Below, in pieces: positions 60,970 to 64,000 of a DNA stretch of 64,000 nucleotides. Every line of letters starts with the position of its first letter. Position 1 is the first letter of the stretch. The notes below the pieces were generated by a model, which made no database searches, was not told the origin of the DNA, and saw nothing but the letters and a program-made list of their open reading frames with translations. Location of the stretch: contig CAWHWX010000016.1 in NCBI GenBank assembly GCA_963833125.1, forward strand, positions 96,001-160,000. The letters are read 5' to 3'. This stretch comes from Candidatus Bathyarchaeota archaeon (GTDB lineage Archaea; Thermoproteota; Bathyarchaeia; 40CM-2-53-6). The position numbers and the translations under genes were made by a program.

Positions 60970-61105
60970 CTGAGGGGTAGATAATCGTACTATCGATAAC
61001 GGGAAAGGTTTCCGGATCGTACTTTAAAGTGGGTGACGGGTTGGATGATCGAGGAGACACGTTTCAGGCTAAACTCTATCAAGAAAAGTTGCACTTCTGA
61101 GTAAC

Positions 61106-61852
61106 TTATGTATCCTTCGCGTTGAGCCCGGAATGTTGGCCCCATTTACGAAATGACCGGAATATGCCGAGGGCGAGGATCGTCGAAAGTGCGACTATGA
61201 TTATTCTTTCTTCTGGATATAGGAAGAATATCAGGCGCCATATGTCTGCGAACTTCGTTGGAGTAAGCCCTCCTACAAACCCAACTACGAATTCGAACAG
61301 AAGGCCTCCCACAAGGTGTTGGGCCATCGTTCCTACAAACGCCAAGATTCCAATTGCTACGATCCCCACGAACCCACCTTTCCTAGACCAGGCGGGTATT
61401 CGCGACGCCGCAGGAGATAGCAGAACTAGAAGCGCAATTATGTGAAGCCAAACGTAGGGGATGTGATCGTACCCATACAGCAGGCTGTACGGACTTGCAA
61501 GAAATGCAACGAGGATGATAATGTAGCTTGCTTGGGCTATTCTGTGCCTCCCAGCCAATAGAAGTCCAGCGATGAATACGTTCGCTACGCCGGGAAGAAA
61601 ATCTAAACCCAGAAAGACGGGGGGTCTTATGGGATAAGCGATTATCGTTCCGACCAGAACTGAGATTGTGCCGCTCCAAAGCCCTGCGATCAGGGCAATC
61701 GAGGTTAATAGAAAATCTCCCGCCGTAAACTGTCCTGAGACCCCAATCATCGAAAACGTGGGCACGACACGTAGGATAAAGTAAACAATTGCTAATACGG
61801 CCGCCAAAGTGATTTGTCGAGTTCTCGTCGTACGCGGCTTAGGCACTTTCAC
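61106..61852 (-). CDS. ECF transporter S-component-like membrane protein
   Basis: Multi-TM protein, GxF..GD, GL..G, GTMAQHLVGG, YPEER. Confidence 0.65.
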   Translation of the reverse strand: MKVPKPRTTRTRQITLAAVLAIVYFILRVVPTFSMIGVSGQFTAGDFLLTSIALIAGLWSGTISVLVGTIIAYPIRPPVFLGLDFLPGVANVFIAGLLLAGRHRIAQASYIIILVAFLASPYSLLYGYDHIPYVWLHIIALLVLLSPAASRIPAWSRKGGFVGIVAIGILAFVGTMAQHLVGGLLFEFVVGFVGGLTPTKFADIWRLIFFLYPEERIIIVALSTILALGIFRSFRKWGQHSGLNAKDT

Positions 61853-61864
61853 AAACGCAACCCA

Positions 61865-62731
61865 CTAGGCGAAGGACTTTACTGCCTCCGCAAATGCTTC
61901 GTAAGCTTTGCGGTCCGCATCGCGCGCAAACGAAGCTATGAAATAGTCAGTGTGTTCGCTTGTCATTGACCGCAACTGTCTCTTCATTTCGTCGATGATC
62001 GTAAGATTGCTCGAAGCCTGGTCCGTTCCGTCTACTTTTCCAGCCCACGATTTGACCAGGTCAGCGTAAGCGCGACCAACCTCATTACATTTTGCAATGA
62101 GATACTTCTCTCGTGCATCTAATTCCTTCTTGTCCACCCCCCAAGAGTTCCATCCGTCAGCAAGCTCGGCAACAACATCCAAAATCATTTTGTGCTTTCC
62201 ACCAATCCAAATCGGTGGCCCCGCTTCTTGTTTCGGTTTCGGCAAGCTCAGTGCATTCAATATCTCAATTGTCTTTCCTTTCACTGAGACCTTCTCCCCG
62301 GTCCACATGGCTCTCAAAATAAGGATCGTATCCCTCAAGCGATCTATTCTCTGGTCGAGGGGTGGAAAGGGATAACCATGAGTTTGCATTTCATGGGCAC
62401 TCAATCTATCGCCCGTTCCTAGTCCAACAATTAGCCTTCCGCCGCTAATGCAGTCTACTGTGCTTGTCATCTTTGCGAGTAATGCAGGATTTCGTAGGTT
62501 TACATTGGTAACTAAGCTACCAACCCTAATCTTCGACGTTCGTGCCGCGACCGCGGAGAGTAGAGTCCAACATTCCAATGCTCTACCCGAGCGAAGCCAG
62601 TATGGCGAGAGGTGGTCATACGCCCAAACACTATCGTACCCGAGGCTTTCGCATTCCTTCGCGATCTCTATGAGATGTTCCGGATCGGGAATATCCTGAG
62701 GAAGCTGGCAACCGAATTTAGGGCGCGGCAA
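61865..62731 (-). CDS. LLM-class flavin/F420-dependent oxidoreductase
   Basis: GYDSVW..DH, RNPALLAK, SGGRL.VGLG.G, PPIWIGG, ADGWN. Confidence 0.9.
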   Translation of the reverse strand: MPRPKFGCQLPQDIPDPEHLIEIAKECESLGYDSVWAYDHLSPYWLRSGRALECWTLLSAVAARTSKIRVGSLVTNVNLRNPALLAKMTSTVDCISGGRLIVGLGTGDRLSAHEMQTHGYPFPPLDQRIDRLRDTILILRAMWTGEKVSVKGKTIEILNALSLPKPKQEAGPPIWIGGKHKMILDVVAELADGWNSWGVDKKELDAREKYLIAKCNEVGRAYADLVKSWAGKVDGTDQASSNLTIIDEMKRQLRSMTSEHTDYFIASFARDADRKAYEAFAEAVKSFA

Positions 62732-62772
62732 ACGAAGCGCCTATGTAGACTGGTTGGATGCCTGTTTCGGGT

Positions 62773-64000
62773 TTATCTGTTCTGTGTGCCACGTCGCTTT
62801 GGCGTGTAGATCGTAAATACCCCTTTCCACATCGCGTCGTACGCTCTACTCATAGTTTCTGTGAACCGGTTGCTGTTTGTCCAAAATCCAACATCGGCTC
62901 CGACATCTGGGCTGTTGTCGTCTGGTAGCCTTTCGTAGAGCATTAGCTCTCGTTGATTGACGATAGCCATTCCTGTCGGTCCAAGTGATTCAGAGTAGCG
63001 TAACTCGGAAACTGGGACTAGTTTCCTGGCTCCTTCTGTGTTCTCGCTTGTGATCGGCGCTATTATCCGGATCTTTGCCCGCGTCCCTTTGCCTCTTTCA
63101 ACTGAATGAAATGGAAATCTGCGAGAGCTTGTATGCCCCTCATTGTTGTCCAGATCTCCACGCTCTTGTCCGCCGATTCGATCATTTGGTTGAGCTTTCC
63201 GTTAACTTCGTTTCGTCCTTTGAAAATTCTGAGTTCATCGGGAGGTATGCCTTTCCGCAACGCTTCGATGCGGGCTTCGGATGGCGTTGCAGATGTCCAC
63301 ATTTCGTCAAAGTAGGCTTGGAGGTTACGGACGAAGGCACGGCTATTGATCCAGAGAGCGACTTCCTCCTCCATTCTGGGGGATTCATCAGCCGTGCTTA
63401 TCTCAAATAGAGCCTCGCTGTCGTCGATAATCGACACTCTCGGAATTGGTTTCGCTTTTAGGTCTAAGTGTCGGATCTCAACGTGTTGTCGGAGTTTCTC
63501 AACGATTTCCAGGTTCGGTTGAACGATCGATGTGATCACTCTAACGCGTAGTCCCTCTTTCACGGCGTGGCTTAGCATGTCAAAGAGCCCTGCAGTATCG
63601 GCCCTAACCATCTCGGATGGGGAGAGGACTGTCATGACTGATTTCTGGGCCCCCGAGCATATCCCCTGCAGTCTCTGCTCAATCCGAAGTCTACCCTCGA
63701 CCACTTGAAACCGCTCCACTTCGTGCGTAACCGGTTCCACACGGACAACGTCAAATTGGCGGCGCAGTGCTTCCCCTCGCTGCTCGAGAATCCTCAACCT
63801 TGCCTTTCGTTCCTCGATGAGAATGCTCAAGCACCTGTCAAAGGGCACAGATTGCAATCGTACAGGCCTCTCCAGAGTTGCCTCCACGAGCGCACGTCTC
63901 TGAAGGTTCCTTATGGTTCGATATGTCTCGGTCCGGTTGATCATGACGGCACGCGCGACTTCGCTAGCCTTGGACGGGCCGGTCTTCGCCAAGAAAACCA
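62773..64000 (-). CDS. TrmB-family regulator with two tandem PLD-like sensor domains (5' end outside window; frameshift near 63070)
   Basis: HTH KASEVAR..INRTETYR, domain 1 IIDDSEAL..LWINS..FDEMW, domain 2 IVNQRELM..FWTNS..YDAMW. Confidence 0.85.

Noticed and set aside
288-63100. About 19 split genes as pseudogenes or programmed frameshifts
   Set aside because: Single-base indels hit conserved genes (rio1, menB, menD, PINA) with motifs intact on both sides, and I noticed no in-frame stop decay or shared slippery motif. This is typical of unpolished long-read error.
1-64000. CRISPR arrays, rRNA genes, transposases, riboswitches, and the many antisense ORFs in the track
   Set aside because: No regularly spaced repeats or recognisable motifs were found by eye; the antisense ORFs are shadows of well-supported genes.

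Overview
Chromosomal segment of an uncultured TACK-type archaeon, most consistent with Bathyarchaeia. This is inferred from Topo VI A/B, aIF-2beta/aIF-1A/RIO1/Dim2, L40e, a BHB-intron tRNA, TrmB and KaiC-like regulators and a ribophorin-I-like protein. Single-base frameshifts interrupt about 19 genes, including conserved ones, so they are read as long-read assembly errors and not pseudogenes. The window holds: an LsrK (AI-2 kinase-like) / 2-oxoacid-or-acetoin dehydrogenase locus; tRNA-Val(CAC) with a 15-nt intron; an ADP-forming acyl-CoA ligase-GNAT fusion; a bacterial-type classical menaquinone cluster; succinyl-CoA synthetase; a divergent AspRS; RtcB; Hsp20; PINA; glycine cleavage P; MetRS; translation and ribosome-biogenesis genes; and Topo VI. 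The best candidate for a new system is the men cluster (menF-D-H-[CoA-transferase]-B-A, with divergent menC). It has no menE or menI in this window and carries a family III CoA-transferase between menH and menB, suggesting ATP-independent, possibly CoA-recycling, activation of o-succinylbenzoate. Other notable signals are twin GTTAC-N5-GTAAC operators around the hsp20 TATA box, an RPN1-like protein with a eukaryote-like cytosolic tail, and two small Zn-finger genes missed by the ORF track. No CRISPR, rRNA or mobile element was seen. All protein calls rest on motif recognition by eye; no database searches were run.
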